This document shows positions 33,884-43,499 of a DNA stretch of 64,000 nt, piece after piece. The notes beneath the pieces were generated by a model, which saw nothing but the letters and a program-made list of their open reading frames with translations, ran no database searches and had not been told where the DNA came from. A program made the translations under genes and the position numbers. This DNA comes from Alphaproteobacteria bacterium (lineage in GTDB: Bacteria; Pseudomonadota; Alphaproteobacteria; G965222575): positions 256,001 to 320,000 of the forward strand of contig OZ244958.1 of the NCBI GenBank assembly GCA_965222575.1. Direction: 5' to 3'. The stretch's first letter is position 1; each line of letters starts with the position of its first letter.

Positions 33884-34210
33884 TCAATCCTGTGCTGTTT
33901 GTGTTGTTAATGTACTCGGCGGCGTTGGCCAAGTTACAGAGTCTAGTATCGTTTTATCCGTAATGCCTTTTGTAATGTCTCGTAACGCTTGCCGGTAGGT
34001 ACCCCATTTTTCCTTTTCAACGGACGAAAGCGGTGCGTCAGGCAATTGCGTATAATCACTCATCAATAACAACGGCGCACGCACTTCCCGTATAGTCCCC
34101 AAAATGTCCTCTTTTGTCGGCAGGGGCGAAGAGGGTATTTCCACTTGTTTGGTGCGCGTAATCACACGTCCAGCTTGGAGGCTATAGAGAGTTGCCTTAT
34201 GTTGTGGCAT
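33884..34210 (-). CDS. Tail fibre assembly chaperone
   Basis: R..LL..SDYTQLPD..W..YRQALRDI..VTWPTPP. Confidence 0.88.
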   Translation of the reverse strand: MPQHKATLYSLQAGRVITRTKQVEIPSSPLPTKEDILGTIREVRAPLLLMSDYTQLPDAPLSSVEKEKWGTYRQALRDITKGITDKTILDSVTWPTPPSTLTTQTAQD

Positions 34211-35589
34211 TACACCCTCCCTATAAATTGTTCCGCAGAAAAATCAAACCGGTGTCCCGCTTCCCCTGAGTAAGGGGCAATACTCAATGCCTTGACAGTT
34301 GACCTCAATAAGAGTGTTGGCTCAGTGTAAAAATGCTTATAATAGAATTGATAATTAAAGTAATCTATACTATACCCCCTCACACCACTACCACCACCGT
34401 GAAGTGCGAAAAAGCTAGTGCTATGCAAGAAGTGATGATGCACTGAAGGAGTGATGAAGAGCCCTTTGGAAAAAATGATGTGAGTGTAAGTTGGTCGATG
34501 CTGTATCTCCATTTGAAAATCCACTGATTGTGTATCCTTTGGTATCTTTAAGCGCCAGTAGGCTAGGTTAGTTACAGTGTAGTCATATATCTCTAGCCTC
34601 ATCGCCTCCACATTAACGACTTGATTAGAAGCATCAGTAAATACAAATTTATAGCCGCTTTCATGTGTGTTGTCTCTTGGCGTTAGTGAGAATTTTATCT
34701 GTATACGTGGTTGAGAGGAGGGCGCTATAACTGTTGAGTCGAATTGGGTGCTATTTTCATTTGTCCCAGACAATGTTTGATTATAAGAGATGGGGGGAAA
34801 CCATGACCGCGCGGCGGCACTCCCCGCAGGCGTCACAGCCCTTATTGTATCCGTGCCCGTTTTTGTTTCTTCTGTTGTGGCTAATTCTACAATGCCCCGC
34901 CCACTCTCCGACGCAAGGGGAATTGGATTAACCAAAGCGGGGACAGCAGACCTCAAGCCCGCAGGCGTTACAGCACGAAGGGAATCTCTCCCGTCTCTCG
35001 CCTCATCCTCCGTTGCTAACTCTACTAATCCCGCTTGACTACTACTAGCTGTGGGGGCTGACGGCGCATGGGCAAGTACACTAGCTTTAACGCCCGCAGG
35101 TGTAGTGATTTTATTGTCCACAATCCCCCCCAAAACCTCATCCGCTGTGGCTATAGGGGCTATACCCGCCACCAGTGGCGTTGCCCGTGGAAACAAAGGC
35201 GTAACATCCCCCGTTGTAATTGTTGTGGGGGAGATACTGTGAAGTTGTAAAAATAGCACAAAAGAGACTGTCTCATTGGCTTCCTTTGTTGCTATGGGTG
35301 TGCTATGAGAACCATAAGCAAAGAGGACTCCCTCACTGGTTATTACGCCTATTTCTTTGGCTGACCAGTCATCACTACTTTCATCCAAAACTGACAAACT
35401 CAGTGCGTTTCCAACCTCTTGAACAGACGCAATCGTTAAAGTTTTGACAGTGTTGGCAATAGTGGTGGGGGAACTCTGATTATCACTTCCCAAGTGTATC
35501 TCTGTAAGGGATAATTTTACACCAGACGCCGTAGCATCTGTTGCCGCTTGTAACCCCTCTGATGTAATGGATAAGTTTAATACAGGCAT
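34210..35589 (-). CDS. Tail fibre protein (P2 gpH-like N-terminus)
   Basis: ITSEG, EIG..GVLFAY, three A..G..ELAT..E..AVTPAG repeats. Confidence 0.82.
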   Translation of the reverse strand: MPVLNLSITSEGLQAATDATASGVKLSLTEIHLGSDNQSSPTTIANTVKTLTIASVQEVGNALSLSVLDESSDDWSAKEIGVITSEGVLFAYGSHSTPIATKEANETVSFVLFLQLHSISPTTITTGDVTPLFPRATPLVAGIAPIATADEVLGGIVDNKITTPAGVKASVLAHAPSAPTASSSQAGLVELATEDEARDGRDSLRAVTPAGLRSAVPALVNPIPLASESGRGIVELATTEETKTGTDTIRAVTPAGSAAARSWFPPISYNQTLSGTNENSTQFDSTVIAPSSQPRIQIKFSLTPRDNTHESGYKFVFTDASNQVVNVEAMRLEIYDYTVTNLAYWRLKIPKDTQSVDFQMEIQHRPTYTHIIFSKGLFITPSVHHHFLHSTSFFALHGGGSGVRGYSIDYFNYQFYYKHFYTEPTLLLRSTVKALSIAPYSGEAGHRFDFSAEQFIGRV

Positions 35590-35628
35590 ATCCCCTTTAT
35601 AGCAAAGAGAATATGATATGTTCAGAGT

Positions 35629-35979
35629 CTAAGAATAAGTATTATCACCTCTTCTGTCTACTACTTCTACAGTGAAGCTTTCCTCTTCTAATTTGTCATC
35701 AAAGCACGGAAAGTCCCCCCATGGCGTTTTATAACAATATTGTCCAATGACTCGTAATCTTCCCTTCTTAAATCGCATGGGAACAAATGTAAAACCGCTT
35801 TCACAAAATATTTTTTGACCTTTAAGCTTTTCAGCAAAACTTTTCGGAAACTTATTTTGTGGTCTGTAAAGAAAGATTTTTTTTATTTCTTCAAGAAGCT
35901 CTTTCTCGTTTTCACTAAGACGAAGTTTTTGTATTTTTTTGTTTCCTTCCTTGGAAACCTGAAAACAACGCGGCAACAT
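35629..35979 (-). CDS. Hypothetical basic protein, candidate toxin partner of the Panacea gene
   Basis: ATG directly follows the upstream TAG; AT-rich insert; no family recognised. Confidence 0.55.
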   Translation of the reverse strand: MLPRCFQVSKEGNKKIQKLRLSENEKELLEEIKKIFLYRPQNKFPKSFAEKLKGQKIFCESGFTFVPMRFKKGRLRVIGQYCYKTPWGDFPCFDDKLEEESFTVEVVDRRGDNTYS

Positions 35980-36603
35980 CTACAGACGAGATAAACACTC
36001 TTCCAAAGATATGCATTCTTTTGGGTCTATAGGTTCTGAAGAGACTAGCTCTTCTGCCTCTAACATTTTCCAATCTATAGGATGGGTTTTGGCCCCTTCT
36101 TTTTTTGCTTTCCCCCATGCAAGTCTCCATAGTTCTTCTTCGTGGGACAAATCACAGAGAGAATAAAACTCCATTTTTGCGCAATCATCAGAGGCTCTTT
36201 GTAAATACTCTAAATCCGCATCAGTTAAAGTTTTTTTAGAAAAAGGAATCCTGCTTGTGCAATGCAACCGCCTGCTTCCCGTAGACTCATCAGAGCAATC
36301 TTCAACGCGCACTTTTTCATAAAAAGAGTGAACTCTGGGGGAATATTTATTCTTTTCCTCCGGAAGATCAAGAACATCTTGCATGGCCACGTACTCGTCA
36401 TCCAGAAGACCAAGAGCATTTTCAGGAACAGGACCTGCTTGCATTGCCACATAAGAAGACGTGGAAACAAGGCAATTTCTCTCCAGCATAGAGACCTTAT
36501 CTGCATAATATAAACTCTTCATTAAATGATAATGCCCTATACAGGGATGTCTATCTACTATAAAATGTAGTGACTCCACGAGCTTATTAAAATCAACAGA
36601 CAT
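35980..36603 (-). CDS. Panacea (DUF4065/SocA-like) antitoxin domain protein
   Basis: LMKSLYYAD, YVAMQAGPVP, LSH.E..W. Confidence 0.82.
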   Translation of the reverse strand: MSVDFNKLVESLHFIVDRHPCIGHYHLMKSLYYADKVSMLERNCLVSTSSYVAMQAGPVPENALGLLDDEYVAMQDVLDLPEEKNKYSPRVHSFYEKVRVEDCSDESTGSRRLHCTSRIPFSKKTLTDADLEYLQRASDDCAKMEFYSLCDLSHEEELWRLAWGKAKKEGAKTHPIDWKMLEAEELVSSEPIDPKECISLEECLSRL

Positions 36604-36665
36604 CCCTATCCCTTTCTCTAATCAATCATTTGTTGTTACAGTTTACAGAAAATTGTTAAAAAAAG

Positions 36666-37211
36666 TCAACCCCCTATATCTATTTGAATGATTTTCATCA
36701 GCCTTATTCCAACCCACAGAAACAAGTCAGAGGGGATTTTATAGTTGTTAGCGTCTCCGGGCGTTTCAATTGTATAATGAACGCCCGCTGGCTTTGTCCT
36801 GTTGACTATCTCTTTGATTTTTCCCTTCAGTTCTTCTTCCCCCCCTGTGCTACTGGTCATTTTCAAAACAAAAGTGCGGGGGCGCCCTTGTGGACGTTGG
36901 TCATACCACTCAAGGACTTCAATGCCAACTCCTTCATACGCTAATACTTCCCTCAGACTTCTCACTGTGCCTTTGTCCATGTGGGTTTGAATAGCTTGCT
37001 TAAGAATTGTGCGTTTACTTGTTTCACTCCAATCCTCTTCCCAGACGTCCACCGACAAAGTAAGGGCTAAATGCGCCAATAAATGTACGGGCAAGGACTC
37101 AACATCCATGGGCTTAGGGGTATCAAGTGCTAGCCTTTTGTCAGCTGTTGTATCCAGCGCTCTCTCAAGGGGCGTACTGTTATCAGGGAGAATGGTACCA
37201 CTAGTGGTCAT
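36666..37211 (-). CDS. P2 gpI-like tail protein
   Basis: LPDNSTPLERAL, LAHLA..LSVDVW, KGT, EWY, KPA. Confidence 0.88.
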   Translation of the reverse strand: MTTSGTILPDNSTPLERALDTTADKRLALDTPKPMDVESLPVHLLAHLALTLSVDVWEEDWSETSKRTILKQAIQTHMDKGTVRSLREVLAYEGVGIEVLEWYDQRPQGRPRTFVLKMTSSTGGEEELKGKIKEIVNRTKPAGVHYTIETPGDANNYKIPSDLFLWVGIRLMKIIQIDIGG

Positions 37212-38112
37212 ATTGTTATTCTCTCCGTAATCTCAATGGGATGTAGCATATATGACGCCTTTGAAACATCTTGCGAGGGCGCTGTAACGGAGATATCCTC
37301 AACTCCTTCCCCTTGTAGTGCCGCCCCCACCATAAAGGGGGTGAGTTTACCACCTATTTTGTGTTGTGACTTGGCCAAGGCACGCGCTCTGTTGCGCGCC
37401 GCTTCTAACACAGAAGCTTTTTGCGGCCCTTCTACTAAAGACACAGTCGCAGTGATGGCCACAGTTTGTATTGTTGCGGCGGCTACTGTAATACTATCCG
37501 TTACAGCCCGCACTTTTCTTTCTGTAGTGCCGTCTTAACTTTTGCTATTAACCCCCTATCCGCTAGCCCACTAGTGGGGTAACCACTGGGATTGCTGTCT
37601 GTTTGTTGTGCTAGAACTTCTACACGCACCACCCCGGGGGACGGCGATGTAATGCCTACATCTTTCACTTGTGCGTCTGCGGCTAAAGCATGCGCCTTGT
37701 ATGCCCCCGCTGTTCCGCCCCCAGTCAAGCCTTCTGGGGCTAACAGAATCCTCTTGCGTAACGCATCATCGTCCTCCAGTACTTCCTCTGAACCTGTTTC
37801 CTGAGACGCCTCCTGAACAACTTTACGGGTCAATCCAAATAACGCCGCCAAATGCTCTAAGTCCGCTCCCGTTGCTGTGGCCAAGTAAGACGCACTCACA
37901 GAGTGATTGATGCGATTGCGTAATAATAACTCGCGGTAGGCAAACGCTTCTAATACTTTTGTCACAGGGTCGCTTTCTAGGGCATCTACAAAAGACGGAT
38001 ACCGCGCCTGAAAATCTGTTTTGAGTGCCGCAAGAATGCCCTCGTAACTCAACTCCTCTATGGCTTGAGGCGGAGGCAACGCAGTCAAATCTAAATCAAC
38101 GTATACACTCAT
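37208..38112 (-). pseudogene. Baseplate J (P2 gpJ-like), split by a 1-nt frameshift near 37514
   Basis: 203-aa ORF (LESDPV.K.LE..AYRE) and 101-aa ORF (VRAVTD.ITV) join to about 300 aa with one -1 shift. Confidence 0.8.
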
Positions 38113-38461
38113 ACTATCTCACTTCTCAGCGTTATAGGCTCTTTTGTCTCTTTAAGAAAAGCCCTTACAAAAACAATCATAGTGGGCTAGCCTCTTTCCC
38201 CGATTCAAAGGCAATATCCGTCCTTATCACACTTATACGCGGCTCCCATTTACTCAGTGCTTCTGCCGTGGCGTGCGCCGCTTCTAAGCGTGTCGCTTCC
38301 CCCGCCGGCTTGTCCAACAAGTCCATTAACGCACTTCCGTAATCTGGGCGCATGACACGACTGCCTATGGGAGTCGTCAAAATATCATCAACGGACTGTT
38401 GTAAATGCCCTAATCCTCCTAGAGGCAACCCCGTACTTCTATTCATGCCACTAGTAGTCAT
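38109..38461 (-). pseudogene. Baseplate wedge gpW/gp25, C-terminus apparently frameshifted
   Basis: QSVDDILTTPIGSRVMRPDYGS..WEPR; stops at 38177 while another frame (MIVFVRAFLKETKEPITLRSEIV) ends in an ATGA overlap with gpJ. Confidence 0.7.
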
Positions 38462-38916
38462 ACCCCTCCTCCCACTGTCATTATGGGTTTGCCGTTCAGT
38501 GTACAGACACCCTTTAACGCTACTCCACTACTTGTTACTTTAACCTCCCCACCACCAAGCTTGAGTGTAATGGCATTACGGCGCACATCAACCAAATTAT
38601 CCCCATCCGCAGTAATCACCCGTAATCCCCCCTGAATACTTGTTTTTTTCAGCCTCGTCTCTTCCTCGCCGAGTACCATTACCCCACTAGTGGGTACACC
38701 CCCATCCGTTGTTGCTGGAAGCCCACTAGTGGGAGGGTGATTCGCATCAAACACACAGCCAATTATCACACCTCTATTAATGTTGCCTTCTGGTACGAGT
38801 ACCACGACTTGCTCCCCCACTTTAGGCGCCCACCACATTTTCGTCCCCCACACTACCCACGGCAAAGGCGGCGTAATAAGTTCTCCACTCTTTACCACTG
38901 CTTTTTTCGCCTCCAA
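38458..38916 (-). CDS. Baseplate spike gpV-like, N-terminus apparently damaged
   Basis: LPW, WWAPKVGEQV.V..PEG; frame closed just upstream of SVDLEA. Confidence 0.75.
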   Translation of the reverse strand: MEAKKAVVKSGELITPPLPWVVWGTKMWWAPKVGEQVVVLVPEGNINRGVIIGCVFDANHPPTSGLPATTDGGVPTSGVMVLGEEETRLKKTSIQGGLRVITADGDNLVDVRRNAITLKLGGGEVKVTSSGVALKGVCTLNGKPIMTVGGGV

Positions 38917-38976
38917 GTCTACAGATTTGAACTTTCACGCCTAGTAACCCCTGAGAGGGGATTTTATCCTTTGTTC

Positions 38977-39381
38977 TTATCCCCATCTTTCTACCTCAAA
39001 TTCATCCATCCAAAATAGTGCGCTCGGCAATAAATCCAACAGCCGTCCTCGTATAAACAGGTAGGGTTGTAACTGGTTTCCTACGCGGATGTTGGAGGCA
39101 ACAGTAACTGCGTTCTTCACCTGCTTTCTCATCTCATCTAATTTCCCTGCTACCTTTGAACCTCTCCGGTCATCAACAGATTTAAGACAAGTCACAATGC
39201 CAAAAGTGTTGGTGGTCTTAATTACGCGCCGATTGCCTTTGTCAAACACACCTCTTGACGACAACGGCACAAATAGGAAGGACGGGAATGAGAATGTTTT
39301 GTCGTCTAAGTCACTTGCCTCCATAACCCACCCAGTCTCAAGACCAGCCGCTTTAAGCCCCTGTTGTATAAACCTATACAC
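38977..39381 (-). CDS. Putative tail terminator (Mu gp37-like)
   Basis: Position, size and C-terminal GRLL....LFW.DEF pattern. Confidence 0.6.
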   Translation of the reverse strand: MYRFIQQGLKAAGLETGWVMEASDLDDKTFSFPSFLFVPLSSRGVFDKGNRRVIKTTNTFGIVTCLKSVDDRRGSKVAGKLDEMRKQVKNAVTVASNIRVGNQLQPYLFIRGRLLDLLPSALFWMDEFEVERWG

Positions 39382-39832
39382 CTGCTACCCTCCTGATAGT
39401 ACTCCTTAGGATATCCGCAATTTCTCTCTTGTCCTCCGCTCCAACGCCCAAAAACGGACGGGCTGGAACTTGTGACTGATACCCACTGGGCGCCGCGCCT
39501 TGACCAAATTGATGAAATGCCGCGTATTCTATATTCGTGCCAATGGTCACTGCTTGCGCCCCCGCCGCATAAGTAATTGACTGGTATAACCTCCGCGTAT
39601 CCTGAAGAGCTTTAGACCCTCTACCCGCCTTACGCCGCACTATAGTAGACGGCGCTAAGGGTTGCCACGCCATACCATCTGGGGAACGTTCCCGCTCAAA
39701 GTTATCTTGTGTGCTAGAGACCATGGACATTCCGATATCCTGTAGTGCTTTTGTCACTGCCAACGGCGCAGATTGCGCTAAGCGCTTAAGCAATGCTTTG
39801 GCTTCCGATGTCTTAATTTTAACTCTAATCAT
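39374..39832 (-). CDS. Phage virion morphogenesis protein (Mu gpG-like)
   Basis: F..ERSPDG..WQPL, LQDT.RL..SI, GTN.EYAA.HQFG, PARPFLG. Confidence 0.9.
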   Translation of the reverse strand: MIRVKIKTSEAKALLKRLAQSAPLAVTKALQDIGMSMVSSTQDNFERERSPDGMAWQPLAPSTIVRRKAGRGSKALQDTRRLYQSITYAAGAQAVTIGTNIEYAAFHQFGQGAAPSGYQSQVPARPFLGVGAEDKREIADILRSTIRRVAGV

Positions 39833-39834
39833 GG

Positions 39835-40161
39835 CTAGCTAAACACCCTTGGCTTTCCTTCAACCCCCACCTGTGACCCCCCGGGATAAGGGAGAGTTGC
39901 ACCAGTTGCTACCCGCTTTATAACCTCAAGTGCCACCTCATAACGCTCTTTCACCAGCGGGGGCAATACGTCTTCATAAACCCTTGCGTGGGCAATATCC
40001 ATGAGTATCGTTCGCAACTGGGGCAACTCGGGATTAACACCATAGGCTCGTATCATCTCTACAGCCTCTCCTATAGCCGCTGTCAAGTGAGAGTCCGAAT
40101 AGTGTCCACCTTCCCCTAAAGCCCTATATCGCTCTTTTAACTCCGTCGCCGTTAGAGTCAT
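39835..40161 (-). CDS. Head-tail connector (Mu gp36/DUF1320-like)
   Basis: AI..A...I..Y, DIA, RYE.AL...KRVA.G; follows capsid gene. Confidence 0.7.
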   Translation of the reverse strand: MTLTATELKERYRALGEGGHYSDSHLTAAIGEAVEMIRAYGVNPELPQLRTILMDIAHARVYEDVLPPLVKERYEVALEVIKRVATGATLPYPGGSQVGVEGKPRVFS

Positions 40162-40165
40162 ATAC

Positions 40166-41026
40166 TTACGCCAAGTAGGGTGAGACTAGTATATCTGCTG
40201 TCTTGTACCACGGGTTACTCTTGCCAGCGTCCGTCCGCTCATTGCCTACCACTTCCCGCGCTTTTTGCTCCAGCGCAGGGGGAACAATAAGGAGATTTGG
40301 GATAACACCAATAGGCACCCCTGAGTCGCCTTTCATTGCCATCAATTTCTGCCTCCCTTTGGCATAGTTCTCCGCATTCAAAGTTTGCTTAGAACCCCAC
40401 GCAAACTGAGGCAAACCAAATCCCGCGGCAACTCGCGCCTCCACGCCAAATAAATACATATTGCGCATAAACCGCGTATCGCCGGTATCAGAAGTAAGGG
40501 AGGTGGTCATATAGTTTTTGCGTACCTGAAAAATCAAGGGCTTCAACGCCTTACTCGCATCCAACAGAAACCAAGGAGTTCCACTGCCACCATCCGTATT
40601 CCTATTCACCAAGAAGAAAGTTTTCCCATCGTAACCTTTTATAGTCCACCCCTTCTTCAGTAAGGCAAATACTAACTGATTAGGATGGGCAGCGGCGTTT
40701 GCTCCAAGTAGCCGTGCCGCATCACCATAAGACGCTATTTTGTTGTCCTCCAACTCTGTCACTGGTATCTCTAGGGTATCTTCATAAAGAATGTTTTTCA
40801 GAGCAAAACCACTGACTTTTAGTTTGTCCAAAGCTCTGTTTCCTATCCATTCCTTCAGTCCCGTGATTTTGCCTAGCCAAGGATAATTCGTAGTATCTGA
40901 ATCACTCCTCGTCACAGTTGCGACTTTTTTATAGTCCTCAGTGTTGCCAGTGGGTTTCAGTCCCTCTTTGAACGCCGTGTTAAGTCCCGTTTCTAAGGCT
41001 TTCAAATCCAAAGTTTTCATAGTCAT
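40166..41026 (-). CDS. Mu gpT-like major capsid protein
   Basis: YPWLG..LKEWIG, YDGKTFF, WFLLDASKALKPLIFQ.R, GFGLPQFA. Confidence 0.92.
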   Translation of the reverse strand: MTMKTLDLKALETGLNTAFKEGLKPTGNTEDYKKVATVTRSDSDTTNYPWLGKITGLKEWIGNRALDKLKVSGFALKNILYEDTLEIPVTELEDNKIASYGDAARLLGANAAAHPNQLVFALLKKGWTIKGYDGKTFFLVNRNTDGGSGTPWFLLDASKALKPLIFQVRKNYMTTSLTSDTGDTRFMRNMYLFGVEARVAAGFGLPQFAWGSKQTLNAENYAKGRQKLMAMKGDSGVPIGVIPNLLIVPPALEQKAREVVGNERTDAGKSNPWYKTADILVSPYLA

Positions 41027-41047
41027 TTTCTTTTTCCTTTTTTTGAT

Positions 41048-41773
41048 TTAGTTTAGTTTTATGGTGGCTTGTCCACTCTTTATATCCACTATTTTCCCCA
41101 CCTCGGTACTACCCGTAGAAGTTACAGTAATTGTATTGCGCGACGCTATGTACGCTTTTTTGCCAATGTTGGCGCGGGCTAATGTCGTTGTAAAGACGGC
41201 TTGCCCCCCAGATTGTATATATAATTTCTTCCCGCCCCGCGCCGCTGTGAGGGCAATACCGACAATCACAGCGTTTTGTTTTTTCACCGCCGGTACAGCC
41301 TTGCCGCCATCATTCTCCACAAGGTCTCCTAACGCAACACTTGAGCCTGCTTTTACTGTCATCTCTAATACATACAAGCTTGGTAAGGTCGGAGAGTCCA
41401 CTAACTCCACCCACACATTGCTATTTTCCAAAGAGCGCACAATGCCAACAGCTGTGGTAGCTGCAGGAGCTTTTGTCACTGTGGTAGCATCCAATATATA
41501 AGCAAGACCCCCAATATCTTCTTGCCCTAGAGGACTATCACTGTCATTGGCAAAGCCAAATACAGCGTTGATTCTCACTCGTATCACTTCACCAGTACTC
41601 TCTGAATTGTAAATTGTCTCATCGGCAACACCCACAATCTTTACCCCCACACCTGCCACTGCTTCTTTGACTTTCTCCCCCACTGCCATTACAAGCGCCC
41701 CAGCAGAGATACTCTCTTCATCGGCAACTGCAAATGATGTTATATAGTGCGAGGGATTTTTTACTTCAGTCAT
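41048..41773 (-). CDS. Capsid decoration/cement-like protein, two tandem DUF2190-like domains
   Basis: Two repeats similar to 41777-42139; between protease and capsid genes. Confidence 0.6.
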   Translation of the reverse strand: MTEVKNPSHYITSFAVADEESISAGALVMAVGEKVKEAVAGVGVKIVGVADETIYNSESTGEVIRVRINAVFGFANDSDSPLGQEDIGGLAYILDATTVTKAPAATTAVGIVRSLENSNVWVELVDSPTLPSLYVLEMTVKAGSSVALGDLVENDGGKAVPAVKKQNAVIVGIALTAARGGKKLYIQSGGQAVFTTTLARANIGKKAYIASRNTITVTSTGSTEVGKIVDIKSGQATIKLN

Positions 41774-41776
41774 GTC

Positions 41777-42139
41777 TTACTCCACATACACCCAGACTTT
41801 GCCATCCTCCAGCGATTTTACCTTCCCAATGGCGGTATTGCCTGAATCAGATTTAATGACAGTTTGCGCATCAGATATATACGCACTGCCTCCTATTTCT
41901 GTCGCCGTTACACCCCCAGATGCCGCGTTCTTGAAACCAAAGACGCAACCACTGCGCACACGGACTTTCTCTCCTGCCTTCGCTCCATGAGTAGCAATGC
42001 CCACCAACACAGCATTTTCTTTCTTGGTGGCGGGTATGGCTTTGCCCCCAGAATTCTCCACAAGGTCTCCCTCCACTATTGTAGTACTTGCCTTAACAGT
42101 GAGCTCTACAATGTAATGACTGCTTCCTTTAACTAACAT
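41777..42139 (-). CDS. Capsid decoration/cement-like protein (DUF2190-like)
   Basis: G.LV..G.A.PA..VGIA..V.V..G.F.F.N..IG..YI.D.QTV. Confidence 0.65.
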   Translation of the reverse strand: MLVKGSSHYIVELTVKASTTIVEGDLVENSGGKAIPATKKENAVLVGIATHGAKAGEKVRVRSGCVFGFKNAASGGVTATEIGGSAYISDAQTVIKSDSGNTAIGKVKSLEDGKVWVYVE

Positions 42140-43028
42140 TTTGCTCTCCCTTTGTTTTTGAGTACTCTTTCTCATCTAATCCAAATTTCGCACAAACCTC
42201 CTTCTCCGCATCACTTAAAGTCTCTATTTTCCCGCCCCCCGTAGGTGTAGACAACGGCGCAAACAGTGCCAACTTCTCAGACTTGCTAGCGAGTATCTCC
42301 GTTACATACTCACTGCCTCCCTCTTTCTCAAGCCAACCTAAATACGTGGCTTTTTCAGTTGGGAGTACTTTGCCTTCCGCACAAGAAGCTTCTACTTGCG
42401 CTTTTAATGCGTGCTTTTCCTCCTTAAGCTTCTCTTCCTCCGCCTTTTCTTGTTCTGCTTTGAGCGCAAGGTTTTCCTTTTCTAATAGCTCAACCTGCTT
42501 CTGCAATGTCAAAAGCTCAGTCTGCTCAACAGCCGCTGTTACTGGTTGTTTGTCCGTCATTGTAGTCTCCTGTTGTGTAGTAAATAATTCTTTCAAGGAC
42601 AACGCTGGGTTGTTTGTTAAAGCAATGCGCTTGATTTTGCGCACAATGAATTTGTCTTTTCTCCCTTCATAATCTAACACCTCCTCGCCTGTTAAAGTAG
42701 GCGACAACCCCCTGAATTCCTTGTCCTCAACAGACTTTTTCCCCACTTCTGTCCACTCAACATCTCCCCATATGCCGCTCGACTCCGCTTTTAAGTTGCG
42801 TACCCAGCCAGCCGCCTTACTTGACCCACCGTACTTGTCGGTGCCATGGTCAAAGTCTATATGGATTTCCTTTGGCGAGGCCTTGATAATCTCCTCTAGC
42901 GACTCAAAGTCCATGACACGCCCATCGCGTGCTGTAATCTTGCCCGCACGAGGCGTAATCTGTATCCGCACAGGCGCCGTCACCTCGGCCGCTAACGCAA
43001 TCTCTAAGTAATAGTTTTCAGTATCCAT
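42129..43028 (-). CDS. Mu gpI-like prohead protease/scaffold
   Basis: RDGR, IDFDH, AAGW, VEWT, LSP, ALTNNPAL, coiled-coil C-terminus. Confidence 0.9.
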   Translation of the reverse strand: MDTENYYLEIALAAEVTAPVRIQITPRAGKITARDGRVMDFESLEEIIKASPKEIHIDFDHGTDKYGGSSKAAGWVRNLKAESSGIWGDVEWTEVGKKSVEDKEFRGLSPTLTGEEVLDYEGRKDKFIVRKIKRIALTNNPALSLKELFTTQQETTMTDKQPVTAAVEQTELLTLQKQVELLEKENLALKAEQEKAEEEKLKEEKHALKAQVEASCAEGKVLPTEKATYLGWLEKEGGSEYVTEILASKSEKLALFAPLSTPTGGGKIETLSDAEKEVCAKFGLDEKEYSKTKGEQNVS

Positions 43029-43097
43029 ATCCCCCTTATACACCCCCTAAAACCCCTTGTTCAGAGTCTACTGAAACTTTTTTTGTGTCTAGACACT

Positions 43098-43125
43098 TTG
43101 ACTTTTAGAAGAGTTCGTATACAAT
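43098..43125 (+). promoter_or_regulatory. sigma70-type promoter before the solitary repeat
   Basis: TTGACT-16 nt-TACAAT; GTGTCTAGACAC palindrome at 43085-43096. Confidence 0.65.
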
Positions 43126-43131
43126 AATCTT

Positions 43132-43163
43132 GTCGCGCCCCTCGCGGGTGCGTGCATTGAAAC
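43132..43163 (+). CRISPR. Solitary type I-C-like CRISPR repeat (no array)
   Basis: GTCGCGCCCCTCGCGGGTGCGTGCATTGAAAC: 32 nt, 7-bp stem, ATTGAAAC end. Confidence 0.85.
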
Positions 43164-43499
43164 ATCTTAGCAAGCTTAATACCCTGAGTAATAAAGTCCT
43201 CAGCCTGATTGTACGGGGGGTTGGTAACAATGTTGGGGACTTGCTTGTAGCAGGAGAGCGCTGAGATGAAATCCCAACCCGCCTCGCCATATCCATACTC
43301 GTAAAGGTCAGTTGATTTCACACAATATCCCGCCTGCTCTAATACTTTAGACATCGCCCCTAGTCCGCAAGCAGGCTCCCAGATATCGCCGACAAACTGC
43401 TCACACTTCAACAGCGCTTCTGTCGCCCAAACAGGAGTCGGATAAAAATCCGATTCAGGTCTACGCGGGGAACCACTAGTGGGGAACCCATTACTTTCC

